Below are positions 44,714 through 54,144 of a stretch of DNA of 64,000 nt, piece after piece (positions within the stretch are counted from its first letter, which is position 1; each line of letters begins with the position of its first letter). Both the position numbers and the translations under genes were made by a program. The stretch covers positions 298,930 through 362,929 of the forward strand of contig JBELIP010000001.1 in assembly GCA_042090785.1 (NCBI GenBank), written 5' to 3'. The notes under the pieces are model-generated. The model worked only from the letters and a program-made list of their open reading frames with translations. It did not search any database and had not been told where the DNA came from. This stretch comes from Cellvibrionales bacterium. Its GTDB lineage: Bacteria > Pseudomonadota > Gammaproteobacteria > Pseudomonadales > UBA7434.

Positions 44714-45211
44714 ATGAAGCTATCACTGATTTACGCACGATCACTAAACCGATGCATTGGTAAGGATGGTCGTATCCCATGGCATTTACCTGATGAGTTT
44801 GGTCACTTTAAAAAAACCACGCTGGGTAAGCCAATTATTATGGGTCGCAAGACCTATGAAGATCACAAGTCCGTATTGCCTGGACGGCGTAATATTGTCA
44901 TAAGCCGTCAGCCTGATTACTCGGCCGTAGAAGGTATTGAATTAGCTGATTCATTAGAAAGCGCTATTTTTATGGCAGGTGAGACTAGCGATGAGATTTT
45001 TGTGATTGGCGGCGTGCATTTTTTTGTTGCAGCCATGCCGCTAGCGGACTGTATTTACGAGACTGTTATACAAGCCAATATTGAAGGCGAAGCGAAGCTA
45101 CCAGCGTTTGATTTAAGTGGCTGGGAGACGAGCCTACTGGGTGAGCACGATATTGATGAGCGTCATGCTTATGCCTATAAAATGTATAAACATCAGCGCA
45201 CGAGTGCATAA
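44714..45211 (+). CDS. folA: Dihydrofolate reductase
   Basis: 165-aa ORF with DHFR motifs (LIYARSLNRCIGKDGRIPWHLPDEF, IMGRKTYE, VIGG). Confidence 0.92.
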   Translation: MKLSLIYARSLNRCIGKDGRIPWHLPDEFGHFKKTTLGKPIIMGRKTYEDHKSVLPGRRNIVISRQPDYSAVEGIELADSLESAIFMAGETSDEIFVIGGVHFFVAAMPLADCIYETVIQANIEGEAKLPAFDLSGWETSLLGEHDIDERHAYAYKMYKHQRTSA

Positions 45212-45297
45212 TCAGTAAGCAGCGATTGGGCGGATAGTGTTATTATCCGTTCATTACCTAGCGCTTATGCGGGTAATTTACCGTGGAAACAGTTCAA

Positions 45298-45843
45298 ATG
45301 GCTTCACTTCAAGATCAGCTACTTAACGCCGGTATGGTTGATAAAAAAAAGGCGAAAAAAATTGAAAAAGAAAAGCGTAAGCAAGCTAAGCAGCTCCCTA
45401 AGGGGCAAAAGTTAGCTAACGAAATACGCGAGCAAGCGCAGCAATCGTTAAATGAAAAAGCCTTGCGAGACAAAGAAACTAATCGTGTACATCAAGAGGC
45501 GGCACAAGCTAAAGCCATAGCCGCGCAAATTAAACAATTAATTGAAGTGAACCGGCTTGATCGAAGCAAGGGTGATATTGCATTTCAATTTGTTGATGGC
45601 AAAAAAATAAAAAAAATGCATATTTCTGAATTGCTCCAGAATCAGTTAGGCAAAGGCCAAATAGCTATTGTTAAGTTAGGTGATCGCTATGAGTTAGTGC
45701 CGGCTGTTGTCGCCGAAAAAATTAAGCAGCGTGACAAAAGCATTGTTGTCATGCTTAACGAAAACACTAGCACGGGGATAGATGAAGTTATTGAGGATGA
45801 CCCCTATGCTGATTTTAAAATTCCCGATGATTTAATGTGGTAG
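45298..45843 (+). CDS. DUF2058/YaiL-like protein
   Basis: N-terminus MASLQDQLLNAGMVDKKKAKK plus a Lys/Gln-rich region resembles the YaiL family (my recognition). Start placed at the ATG at 45298; the ORF-track GTG at 45283 adds 5 residues. Confidence 0.65.
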   Translation: MASLQDQLLNAGMVDKKKAKKIEKEKRKQAKQLPKGQKLANEIREQAQQSLNEKALRDKETNRVHQEAAQAKAIAAQIKQLIEVNRLDRSKGDIAFQFVDGKKIKKMHISELLQNQLGKGQIAIVKLGDRYELVPAVVAEKIKQRDKSIVVMLNENTSTGIDEVIEDDPYADFKIPDDLMW

Positions 45844-45886
45844 TTCTTACTGCATTTTACCGCTACAAAAACACAGGTTATTTATT

Positions 45887-47275
45887 TTGAGTTTATCCGA
45901 TTTTTCTTCGCTGGCGCTTGCCCCCGAGTTAATCAGCAATTTGTCATCATTAGGTTATCACGAAATGACGCCTATACAGGCGCAAAGCTTGCCGACAATT
46001 ATTGCTGGTGACGATGTTATTGCACAGGGCAAAACCGGTTCGGGTAAAACCGCTGCTTTTGGCTTAGGTTTATTAGCATCACTCAATGTAAAGCAGTTTC
46101 GTATTCAAGCTTTAGTGCTTTGCCCTACACGAGAACTAGCCGATCAAGTGGCTAAAGAGATACGACGTTTAGCGCGGTCAATACATAATATAAAAGTATT
46201 AACACTTTGTGGTGGTATGCCGTTTGGCCCGCAAATAGGATCGTTAGAGCATGGTGCTCATATTATTGTCGGTACGCCAGGCCGTATAGAGGAGCATGTC
46301 CGCAAAGGCACTTTAGTTTTTAATGCTTTGAAAACCTTGGTGCTTGATGAGGCAGACCGAATGTTAGAAATGGGGTTTCAGCCGGCATTGGATAAAATTA
46401 TTGAAGGCATGCCTTCTAACCGTCAAACATTGCTTTTTAGTGCAACTTTTCCCAATGAAATTGAATCAGTAGCGCAACAAATTATGCGCAAACCTGTGCG
46501 TATTGAAGTAGAGTCAATGCATGCCAGTCATATTATTGAGCAGCGCGTATATGAAGTGGGTGACGATGAGCACCGCTTACAAGCGTTACAATTATTATTA
46601 CTAGATTTAGATCCAGAATCAGCGGTAGTGTTTTGTAATACCAAGCGCGAAACACAGGCGTTAGCTGACGGCCTAAAAGAAAGTGGTTTTAGTGCTATGT
46701 CGTTACATGGTGATCTCGATCAAAAGCAGCGCGACCAAGCGTTAGTGCGCTTTGATAATAAAAGTATAAATATTATTGTGGCTACCGATGTTGCTGCAAG
46801 AGGCTTAGATATTGAAGCCTTAGATATGGTAGTTAATTATCATATTGCGCGCGACCTTGATGTCCATGTCCATCGTATTGGTCGAACAGGACGTGCCGGT
46901 AGCCAAGGTGTTGCATGCACATTGGTCAGTAATAAAGAGCAATATAAATTAAATTTATTAGAGGCGCATATAGGCCAAACAATTGCCGTGTTGCCATTAC
47001 CTTCGAATAAATTATTGAATCAAGCGCCACGCCGCCCAGCAATGACTACCTTGCAAATTGATGGCGGTAAAAAACAAAAGGTTAGAGCTGGTGATATTGT
47101 TGGCGCGTTAACAGCCAAAGGTGAAATAAGCGCAGCGCAGGTAGGGAAGATTCAAATATTTGATAATAGCGCTTATATTGCAGTGGCAAGAGAAATCACT
47201 CAGCTGGCACTGAATAAAATAACACACGAAAAGTTAAAAGGCCGGTCGTTTCGTGTGCGTCACATTAGAGGTTAG
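45887..47275 (+). CDS. dbpA: ATP-dependent RNA helicase DbpA
   Basis: 462-aa ORF with a TTG start and DEAD-box motifs (GKTGSGKTAAF, PTRELA, VLDEAD, SAT, HRIGRTGRAG), plus a C-terminal DbpA-type RNA-binding domain (GGKKQKVRAGDIVGAL). Confidence 0.9.
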   Translation: MSLSDFSSLALAPELISNLSSLGYHEMTPIQAQSLPTIIAGDDVIAQGKTGSGKTAAFGLGLLASLNVKQFRIQALVLCPTRELADQVAKEIRRLARSIHNIKVLTLCGGMPFGPQIGSLEHGAHIIVGTPGRIEEHVRKGTLVFNALKTLVLDEADRMLEMGFQPALDKIIEGMPSNRQTLLFSATFPNEIESVAQQIMRKPVRIEVESMHASHIIEQRVYEVGDDEHRLQALQLLLLDLDPESAVVFCNTKRETQALADGLKESGFSAMSLHGDLDQKQRDQALVRFDNKSINIIVATDVAARGLDIEALDMVVNYHIARDLDVHVHRIGRTGRAGSQGVACTLVSNKEQYKLNLLEAHIGQTIAVLPLPSNKLLNQAPRRPAMTTLQIDGGKKQKVRAGDIVGALTAKGEISAAQVGKIQIFDNSAYIAVAREITQLALNKITHEKLKGRSFRVRHIRG

Positions 47276-47283
47276 TTGCGGCT

Positions 47284-47775
47284 ATGCTCAATAAAAATGT
47301 TTTTATCTGGCTTATGTATTTTGGCGCCTTACCTTTTATTGCTGGCGCTTTATTATCGTTGCTGTCTATTGATTCATTACCTATCGATACCTTACCTATT
47401 GTTATGCCGTCAGAGCTAGATACAGTGATGCATATTGTCAGTCTTTATGCATTAGTGATTGTTGTTTTTATGGCGGGCGTGCTTTGGGGTGTTACGTTGT
47501 CAGTTAAAGCAAATACGGCATTTAGCCAAACAAATTTTATAATCAGTAATGTTATTACTTTAGCGTTAGGCATTATTTATTTAATGCTTCCGGATAGCAG
47601 TATATTTTTAGTAGTCACAGCCATTGCTTTTTTATGGTTGTTAGTCATTGATAAAAAATTATTACAGCAACAGCTTATTGCCAATAACTACTACCATGCG
47701 CGTAAGCGAGTGAGTGCAATGGTTGTATTGTCGTTGCTTATTTTAGCTACAAATAACTATTTAAACGCATTGTAA
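47284..47775 (+). CDS. Hypothetical multi-pass membrane protein (DUF3429-like)
   Basis: 163-aa ORF with four hydrophobic segments. Family assignment is tentative. Confidence 0.55.
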   Translation: MLNKNVFIWLMYFGALPFIAGALLSLLSIDSLPIDTLPIVMPSELDTVMHIVSLYALVIVVFMAGVLWGVTLSVKANTAFSQTNFIISNVITLALGIIYLMLPDSSIFLVVTAIAFLWLLVIDKKLLQQQLIANNYYHARKRVSAMVVLSLLILATNNYLNAL

Positions 47776-47904
47776 CTAACATTTGTTTAATAAAGCCCTT
47801 GCTGACTAGTTCTGTTACCTACTATTCAGTAAACTAATCACTTAGCTCAAGCAATCCTCTCAATTGTGCTTTCCTATTAATTAAAATTATAAAAGATTTT
47901 TCCT

Positions 47905-49125
47905 ATGAGTAATCCATCGTTTGATATCGTTGTTTTTGGCGCCACTAGTTTTGTTGGTCAAATTCTAAGCCAGTATTTATTCGACCAATATGGCGTTTCG
48001 AAAATACGTTGGGCAATGGCCGGCCGTTCGCAACAAAAGCTCGAGCAGGTAAGATCTCAACTCGGTGTAGAAGCTGAGGCCATACCACTCATTGTTGCTG
48101 ATGCCGCTGATGACGACGCTTTAGTAGCGTTATGTCATCAGACAAAGGTAGTGATATCGACAGTAGGCCCATACGATTTATACGGTGAGCCAATGATTCG
48201 CGCTTGCTGCAATACAGGCACAGATTACTGCGACTTAACGGGTGAGCCGCAGTGGATTAAAAAAATGCAAGATGCTTATGAAGATAAAGCAAAAGTTTCG
48301 GGTGCACGTATTATTCACTCCTGCGGTTTCGATTCTATTCCTTCTGACCTTGGCGTACATTTTTTGCAGCGTCAAGCGCACGCTAAATTTAATAGCCACT
48401 GCAATAATATTGTTATGCGCGTAAAGCAATTAACGGGTACGGCATCGGGCGGCACCATTGCGAGTGTTATTAATTTAACTAAGCAGGCTTCAAAAGATAA
48501 AAAACTTCGCGCGGAAATGGCTAACCCCTACTCATGCTGTCCGCCTAATCATGGGTTTACAGCAAGGCAACATAGGGTAGGTGTTAGTTATGACACTGAA
48601 TATAATAACTGGGTTGCACCGTTTGTTATGGCGGCAATTAATACACGTATTGTGCATCGCTCTAATGCTTTATCTGGCAATGCTTACGGTAGTGATTTTT
48701 TGTATGAAGAAGCGGTTATAAAAGGCGACGGTGAAAAAGGTGAAAAGCGCGCTAAAAAAGCTTATTCCGATGCGCGTAAATTTATGATGTTAGCTGCATT
48801 ATCTCCTACTCGTTGGGTGTTAGAGCGGTTTATTTTACCCAAGCCGGGCGAGGGTCCCAGCCCCGAAGAGCAATTAAATGGCAGCTATGATTTACGTTTT
48901 TTGGGTAAAAGCCCGCAAGGTGAAAGAATAGAAGTTAAAGTTACCGGTGACCGCGATCCTGGCTATGGTTCAACGGCTAAAATGCTGGGGCAGGCGGCTT
49001 ACAGTTTGGCGTTTGATGTTAATGAAAATACGGCTGGCGGTTTTTGGACGCCAGCAACATTATTGGGCGATAAACTTATTGAGCGTTTAATAAGTGATGC
49101 CGGCCTAACATTTGATGTTATTTAG
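47905..49125 (+). CDS. Saccharopine dehydrogenase-like NAD(P)-binding oxidoreductase
   Basis: 406-aa ORF with the N-terminal Rossmann motif FDIVVFGATSFVGQ and overall resemblance to the saccharopine dehydrogenase / trans-acting enoyl reductase family. Confidence 0.8.
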   Translation: MSNPSFDIVVFGATSFVGQILSQYLFDQYGVSKIRWAMAGRSQQKLEQVRSQLGVEAEAIPLIVADAADDDALVALCHQTKVVISTVGPYDLYGEPMIRACCNTGTDYCDLTGEPQWIKKMQDAYEDKAKVSGARIIHSCGFDSIPSDLGVHFLQRQAHAKFNSHCNNIVMRVKQLTGTASGGTIASVINLTKQASKDKKLRAEMANPYSCCPPNHGFTARQHRVGVSYDTEYNNWVAPFVMAAINTRIVHRSNALSGNAYGSDFLYEEAVIKGDGEKGEKRAKKAYSDARKFMMLAALSPTRWVLERFILPKPGEGPSPEEQLNGSYDLRFLGKSPQGERIEVKVTGDRDPGYGSTAKMLGQAAYSLAFDVNENTAGGFWTPATLLGDKLIERLISDAGLTFDVI

Positions 49126-49137
49126 TTTACAAAGCCT

Positions 49138-49485
49138 TTAGCGCTTAGGCGTTAAAGGCTCGCTGTCGAATTGAATGCCTAGCCAGCCATCAAGTATAAA
49201 ATTACGGATATTAGCGTGGTCATTGCCACTAGGATTGCCTAGTACGTCATCACGATAATATTGCCCGAACAGTGCTAGCGTCTCCATTTCGCTAAAGCCA
49301 TTAAGCTGAGCAAAAGCAAAAACCTTACATGATCCTTCGTTACTTCCTGCTTCATTAACTACGCCACCATTAGTAAAGCGCGTTGGCACGTAGTCATAGT
49401 GTTCGGCAATAAGTGCTATTACATCTGCAAAGCTAATGGTTTCTGAGGCGTTTGTTATTTGATCGCGTAAGGCTTGAATGGTCAT
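49138..49485 (-). CDS. HopJ type III effector family protein
   Basis: 115-aa ORF whose sequence (EGSCKVFAFAQLNGFSEMETLALFGQYYRDDVLGNPSGNDHANIRNF) matches my memory of the HopJ family. Confidence 0.75.
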   Translation of the reverse strand: MTIQALRDQITNASETISFADVIALIAEHYDYVPTRFTNGGVVNEAGSNEGSCKVFAFAQLNGFSEMETLALFGQYYRDDVLGNPSGNDHANIRNFILDGWLGIQFDSEPLTPKR

Positions 49486-49640
49486 TATTACTCGCTAGTT
49501 AATGTCTATTGGTTAAAAACAGCTAATAAAAATTAAGAGTCGCAATTATCATTAATAAAATAATAAGGTCAACTGTTATTAAGCGGCGGTGTTTTTAAAT
49601 ATGAGAAGAGAGAAATAAAAAAGCTAAGCTTTAATGAATA

Positions 49641-49675
49641 AAAAGGGCTTTTAAATAATTTAAAAGCCCTTTTTT
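49641..49675 (-). terminator. Bidirectional-looking intrinsic terminator after the 257-aa CTERM-tagged protein gene
   Basis: Perfect palindrome AAAAGGGCTTTTAAA-taa-TTTAAAAGCCCTTTT with flanking A/T runs, about 30 nt downstream of the stop at 49704 on the minus strand. Confidence 0.8.
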
Positions 49676-49703
49676 GTATTACACATTGTAGATTGCCAGG
49701 ACG

Positions 49704-50477
49704 TTAACTCTGACGTCGCTGTTTAAGAGCACCAAGACAGCCAATTGCCGTGAAGAATAACCATGCTGCGGCAGGGACAGGAACAACGGTGTCACTAGAG
49801 GAAGGTGTTTGTGTTGAAGCGCTAAGTAAATCAATGAAACCTTTTACTTTCAGCTCTTTGCCGCCTGATGCGGTAAATTTGAGTTCCATTTTACGATGAT
49901 CCGTATCAAAATCATTCAGGTCTAGAACCAAGGGCAAATCGGAATTTGAAAAAACCGATTTAGAGCTGTCTTGAATTTCAATTTTGAATTTATCAAAGTC
50001 TAATACAAAGGCGTTATCATTACCTTGGCTACCCGTCACGCCACTGCGAAAACTATCGTCTTTATCTTCTATTTTAAATTTATCTTTATTATCTTCAACG
50101 GTGAGTTTTATATCGTTGCTAACATTAGCATCAGACGCTGTATCTACGCTGCTATAAATTTCTGTTCCAGAAGATGAGGCAACAGTAAATGAAAAATTAA
50201 TACCATTGGTATATTCCGATTTGTTGCTAGGGGTACTTGAGGCGGCGAGAGCATTATCGACCGAGAAACTACCATAGATAATGTCATTAATAGAAAAACC
50301 AAAGCTATCTGGGTCATCTAATTTTTTTTCGTCAATATCATCAACGGTACCGCTAAAGGTATAAGTGACAATTGCCGAGTGGCTAAGTATTGAAACGCAT
50401 AAAGCAATAGCCAGAATTAATGATTTGAATATTAAATTTAAAACCAGTTGTTTGCTTGATAGGAGATGTATATTCAT
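49704..50477 (-). CDS. Secreted Ser/Asp-rich protein with PEP-CTERM/VPLPA-CTERM-type C-terminal sorting signal
   Basis: 257-aa ORF with an N-terminal hydrophobic signal. The C-terminus VPVPAAAWLFFTAIGCLGALKQRRQS has motif + TM + basic tail, the exosortase-type architecture. Confidence 0.75.
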   Translation of the reverse strand: MNIHLLSSKQLVLNLIFKSLILAIALCVSILSHSAIVTYTFSGTVDDIDEKKLDDPDSFGFSINDIIYGSFSVDNALAASSTPSNKSEYTNGINFSFTVASSSGTEIYSSVDTASDANVSNDIKLTVEDNKDKFKIEDKDDSFRSGVTGSQGNDNAFVLDFDKFKIEIQDSSKSVFSNSDLPLVLDLNDFDTDHRKMELKFTASGGKELKVKGFIDLLSASTQTPSSSDTVVPVPAAAWLFFTAIGCLGALKQRRQS

Positions 50478-50913
50478 TGTTTAGATACCCTTTTATTTTA
50501 TAGGCCGATCAACACACTGGGTCATTGAGGCCACTAGTCCATTTTTTTTATTTTAGCAGATTATTACACACACACCCTGTTGAATAGCTTCTTTTTAGCT
50601 TGGCTTGCTGGTTTTATCAGGTTATTTTATGTAAGTGGTTATAAATCATAGCTTTTCTCTATTTTTTATTTACATTACCATTTTGAAGTTAATAGGCGTT
50701 GCCCTCAATGCATGCGTCTTAATAAGTAATGTCACTGGTAATAACAGTAGTAATTTTGTCGTGCTTTGAAATTGCGATGGAATTGTTAATAAGAGATTCT
50801 GTGCCGGCAGCTATGTCAGCAGTAGAAGCAAGAATGAATAATCGATATAGTCATGCAAGTACCGAAAGGTTGTTTATTACTGATTAAAATATTTTTTGAG
50901 GATTAGCATTAAT

Positions 50914-51477
50914 ATGAAAGCAAGTGATGTAAAAAAAGGGAATGTCATTGAACATAATAACGCCGTATATCAGGTGCGTGATATTGAAAAATCTTCGGCA
51001 CAAGGTCGAGGCGGCAATGTGACATATCGCTTTACCATTTATTCGGTGGCTAATGGCAATAAAGTTGATTTAACCATGCGTGCCGATGATGATTTAAAAG
51101 AACTAGATCTTATGCGCAGAGAAAGCACCTTTTCATATATGGACGGTGATGCCTTTGTCTTTTTAGATATTGAGGATTTCTCCTCGTATACATTGGATGC
51201 TAATGTCGTCGGTGATATGGCTAACTACATCACCGAAGGGCTTGAAGGTGTGTTTGTTCAGTTAATCGATGAATCACCTATTGCGATTCAAATGCCTGCC
51301 ACTGTGATATTAGAAGTGGTCGATACGCCACCCGAACTTAAAGGCGGATCAGCAACTAAGCGGACTAAGCCAGCAAAGCTTAGTACCGGGATAGAAATTA
51401 ATGTGCCTGAATACATTGCAAATGGCGATAAGGTTCAAGTATCAACGGTGACGGGTGAGTTTGGTGGTAGGGCTTAA
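50914..51477 (+). CDS. yeiP: Elongation factor P-like protein YeiP
   Basis: 187-aa product [21 protein letters not shown]..., an EF-P fold paralog. GAGGA lies upstream of the ATG at 50914. The ORF-track TTG at 50896 adds 6 residues. Confidence 0.85.
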   Translation: MKASDVKKGNVIEHNNAVYQVRDIEKSSAQGRGGNVTYRFTIYSVANGNKVDLTMRADDDLKELDLMRRESTFSYMDGDAFVFLDIEDFSSYTLDANVVGDMANYITEGLEGVFVQLIDESPIAIQMPATVILEVVDTPPELKGGSATKRTKPAKLSTGIEINVPEYIANGDKVQVSTVTGEFGGRA

Positions 51478-51557
51478 TAGTTACGCTACTGATTAAGGCT
51501 GCTTGAGTGTTGCTAAAGATGTATGGTCTTTCTAGAACCTAGAAGGACTTGCTCAAT

Positions 51558-51578
51558 AAATGATATAGTGTATCATTT
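51558..51578 (+). promoter_or_regulatory. Putative Zur/Fur-family operator overlapping a sigma70-like promoter
   Basis: AAATGATATAGTGTATCATTT is a perfect 8-nt inverted repeat with a 5-nt spacer. By hand alignment it matches the Zur-box form AAATGTTATAATATAACATTT at 17/21 positions. It overlaps TTGCTC (51549-51554), 16 nt, TATCAT (51571-51576). A COG0523 gene lies downstream. Confidence 0.5.
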
Positions 51579-51663
51579 GTTAAGTTGTTATATATTTCTT
51601 CTACGGAGGTTCTTTTTAGAAATAAGCTGCCTCTATGATAGCCGCAAAACGAATGAAGCCATA

Positions 51664-52062
51664 ATGAAAAACCTACAAGCTATTGTTGATAAAGCTGCCA
51701 TTAGCCTATCGTTTATTTGTACAGTTCACTGTCTAGCCTTGCCTTTGCTAGTGGTTTTGCTGCCTGCATTAGCCGTATTCAATTTAGAGGACGAAGCTTC
51801 ACACTTGTGGATGCTAGCTGCAGTAGTGCCGACCAGCTTATTTGCGCTGACGATGGGTTGTAAAAAACATAAAAAAATAGCAGTTATGTTTTTTGGATTA
51901 GTTGGCTTAGCCGTTTTAATTGCAGCAGTAGTACTAGGCCACGATATTTTGAGTGAAACCGGTGAGCAAGTGTTGCTAGTTTCAGGCGCTATTATTATTG
52001 CATTAGGCCATTTAAAAAATCATCAGCTGTGTAAGCGCTCATCTTGTGAGTGCCATTCATAA
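51664..52062 (+). CDS. MerC-family small membrane protein (metal transport-like)
   Basis: 132-aa product from the ATG at 51664, with four hydrophobic segments, CTVHC in the first and a C-terminal CKRSSCECHS. The ORF-track start at 51523 would run through the promoter/operator and add 47 non-homologous residues. Confidence 0.7.
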   Translation: MKNLQAIVDKAAISLSFICTVHCLALPLLVVLLPALAVFNLEDEASHLWMLAAVVPTSLFALTMGCKKHKKIAVMFFGLVGLAVLIAAVVLGHDILSETGEQVLLVSGAIIIALGHLKNHQLCKRSSCECHS

Positions 52063-52147
52063 CGTCACGGTTTAGCAAATTTTATCGACAACATCTACCT
52101 TCAATTTATTTAATCCACAAACCGGTTTCGGTTTTAAGTTTAGTGCC

Positions 52148-53161
52148 ATGACAATACCCACTACGAATATTAAGGCTGTTCCGACAAATATACTGACTGG
52201 CTTTTTAGGCGCGGGTAAAACATCGGCTATCTTACATTTATTAAAATCAAAACCCACTAATGAGCGCTGGGCTGTTTTAGTGAATGAGTTTGGTGAAATC
52301 GGCGTCGATGGTAGTTTATTTCAAGGCCAACATACTGAAGAAGGTAGTGTGTTTATTCGTGAAGTACCGGGAGGGTGTATGTGCTGTGCTGCAGGCCTGC
52401 CCATGCAAATAGCGCTTAACCAATTACTCACTCGCGCAAAACCAGATCGCTTATTAATAGAGCCCACAGGGCTTGGCCACCCAATTGAAGTGTTAGAAGC
52501 ATTAACCACCGAATATTATTTTGATGTTTTATTAATTGAAAAAATTATTACTTTAGTCGATGCACGAAACCTTACCGATAAGCGTTATACAGAACACGAT
52601 ACATTTAATCAGCAAATAGCCATAGCCGACGTTATTGTGGGTAATAAACAAGATCTTTATCAATCAGAAGATAAAGCTCGGCTTAAGCGTTATATGAAAG
52701 ACAAGGCTCTGTTAAAAGCAGAGCTTATCTTTACCGAGCAGGGTCAATTGGCGCTAGAGACTTTACAGGGAACGACAACAGCTTCTGTTATTGCAAATAA
52801 ACATAGCCATAACGAAAGCGTTGAGCAAAAAGGTTTAGCGGATATGCCTTTGCCTGAGTCAGGCTATTTAACTGCTATCAATCAAGGCGAGGGGTTCCAT
52901 AGTATAGGCTGGCGTTTTGATGCATCTAAAGTCTTTAATAAGCGAGCATTGTTTTTATTTTTAAGCGGTATTGTTGCCGAAAGAATGAAAGCCGTTTTTA
53001 TTACTGACAGTGGTATCTATGGTTACAATCTTACAGCAGATTCGTTGACTGAAATTGCGTTAGATGAATGCATAGAAAGTCGTATTGAAGTTATTGCCAC
53101 TGAAATGTGTGATCAGTGGGAAGCGCAGTTATTGGCATGTGTAAAGGATGCTAACGCATAG
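52148..53161 (+). CDS. COG0523 (CobW/YjiA/ZigA-type) metallochaperone GTPase
   Basis: 337-aa ORF with P-loop GFLGAGKTS, the metal-binding GGCMCC (CxCC) motif, a NKQD-type motif (GNKQDL) and a C-terminal CobW_C-like domain. Confidence 0.88.
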   Translation: MTIPTTNIKAVPTNILTGFLGAGKTSAILHLLKSKPTNERWAVLVNEFGEIGVDGSLFQGQHTEEGSVFIREVPGGCMCCAAGLPMQIALNQLLTRAKPDRLLIEPTGLGHPIEVLEALTTEYYFDVLLIEKIITLVDARNLTDKRYTEHDTFNQQIAIADVIVGNKQDLYQSEDKARLKRYMKDKALLKAELIFTEQGQLALETLQGTTTASVIANKHSHNESVEQKGLADMPLPESGYLTAINQGEGFHSIGWRFDASKVFNKRALFLFLSGIVAERMKAVFITDSGIYGYNLTADSLTEIALDECIESRIEVIATEMCDQWEAQLLACVKDANA

Positions 53162-53208
53162 CTTTTTTATTTTTGACTTTGGATTGAGAGATTATAAAGA
53201 ATAAAAAA

Positions 53209-53229
53209 AGCCGCGGTAAAACCACGGCT
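53209..53229. terminator. Possible bidirectional terminator between convergent genes
   Basis: AGCCGCGGT-aaa-ACCACGGCT: a 9-bp stem with one mismatch, an A-run upstream and a T-rich tract downstream. Confidence 0.45.
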
Positions 53230-53240
53230 ATATTCTTTTA

Positions 53241-53558
53241 TTATTGACGCCAAGCAGGGCCAGTTTTTCGTTGGTTTTTTTCATCATCTTTTTTTATAAG
53301 ATCTTGAATAATTTCTTCAGGCGCTTCATGGTCAATTTCACATTTACTTTTAACAGATGCTTTTCTAAGAGCTTCGTATTCACCTTTTAGGTCGGCATAT
53401 TGGGCTGCCTCAGGACCATCTCCTCCTTCAAGCATAAATAAGGCCGGCCAAAAAAGTAATAATCCTATTCCCATTTGAGCCTGATCATTTTGCTGTGCTT
53501 TACGTAAATTTTGATAAAGACGAACTGTGCTTTCAGATATGTAATCCATTTCTAACAT
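53241..53558 (-). CDS. Hypothetical single-TM protein
   Basis: 105-aa ORF with a central hydrophobic segment (MGIGLLLFWPALFML) and a charged C-terminal tail. I recognise no family. Confidence 0.5.
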   Translation of the reverse strand: MLEMDYISESTVRLYQNLRKAQQNDQAQMGIGLLLFWPALFMLEGGDGPEAAQYADLKGEYEALRKASVKSKCEIDHEAPEEIIQDLIKKDDEKNQRKTGPAWRQ

Positions 53559-53609
53559 TATTTGGTCGCAATCATAATCCTTATACTTATAAGCTGGGCT
53601 TAGGCGCGG

Positions 53610-53629
53610 TTAGGTTGAGGAAGAAGTAA
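53610..53629 (+). repeat. 20-nt exact direct repeat, copy A (TTAGGTTGAGGAAGAAGTAA)
   Basis: Read directly. Identical to 57097-57116. The upstream GCTGGGCTTAGG resembles GCTGAGCTTAGG at copy B, once a 10-nt insertion in A is allowed. Confidence 0.9.
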
Positions 53630-53678
53630 GAGTTATAGTGGATTTAGGTTTAATGAGAGAAAGGATTGTCGAATAAAT

Positions 53679-54080
53679 TTACAAAGTGTTGGAAAAAAGT
53701 ATAAATATCCAGAACGATCCTGCGCAAAGAATAGAGAGAAATACGGCAGCAGATGCCGCATCTTTAGATTGTCCAGAAAGCTTGTTATGTTCAACGCCAA
53801 CTCGATCAACAATCATTTCAATACCCGTGTTAAGTAATTCGACAATCATTACAAAGATGATTGAAGATAGAAGAAGAAAAATTCCTAGCGGCGTTTTGGC
53901 CACAAAAAAAGCCAAAGGTATTCCCACAAGAAGACATCTAAATTGAAACCGAAAAGCCTGCTCTTTATGAAAAGTGGTTTTTAAACCTTGAAGCGAATAG
54001 CGAGTTGCATTAATCAAGCGACTCGAAACGCTCACATTACTTTTTAATCCGTATTTTTTTTCTTCCATCTCTCGTACCAT
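53679..54080 (-). CDS. dgkA: Diacylglycerol kinase DgkA
   Basis: Aligns with E. coli DgkA (RLINATRYSLQGL, AFRFQ, VMIVELLNTGIEMIVDR, SGQSKDAASAAV). The start is ambiguous: ATG at 54080 or 54068, or TTG at 54107. Confidence 0.85.
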   Translation of the reverse strand: MVREMEEKKYGLKSNVSVSSRLINATRYSLQGLKTTFHKEQAFRFQFRCLLVGIPLAFFVAKTPLGIFLLLSSIIFVMIVELLNTGIEMIVDRVGVEHNKLSGQSKDAASAAVFLSILCAGSFWIFILFSNTL

Positions 54081-54144
54081 TGATATTTTAGCTTTATTGA
54101 TGATCAATTTTTTAAGTTGATCTAATATAAAGCAGCTAAAAAAT

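Noticed and set aside
50777-50887. 36-codon ORF in the 436-nt region upstream of yeiP; also a 31-codon ORF at 55096-55191 upstream of the propeller gene
   Set aside because: Neither has a convincing RBS, a recognisable peptide family or supporting structure. Frames of this length are expected by chance in AT-rich spacers.
51523-51663. N-terminal extensions offered by the ORF track (51523 for the MerC-like gene, 60520 for hisB, 40148 for HU, 50896 for yeiP, 37034 for the FemAB-like gene, 24624 for yciA)
   Set aside because: The extensions have no homology to the respective families. In several cases they run through promoter, operator or RBS sequences, and internal ATGs with better context reproduce the canonical N-termini.
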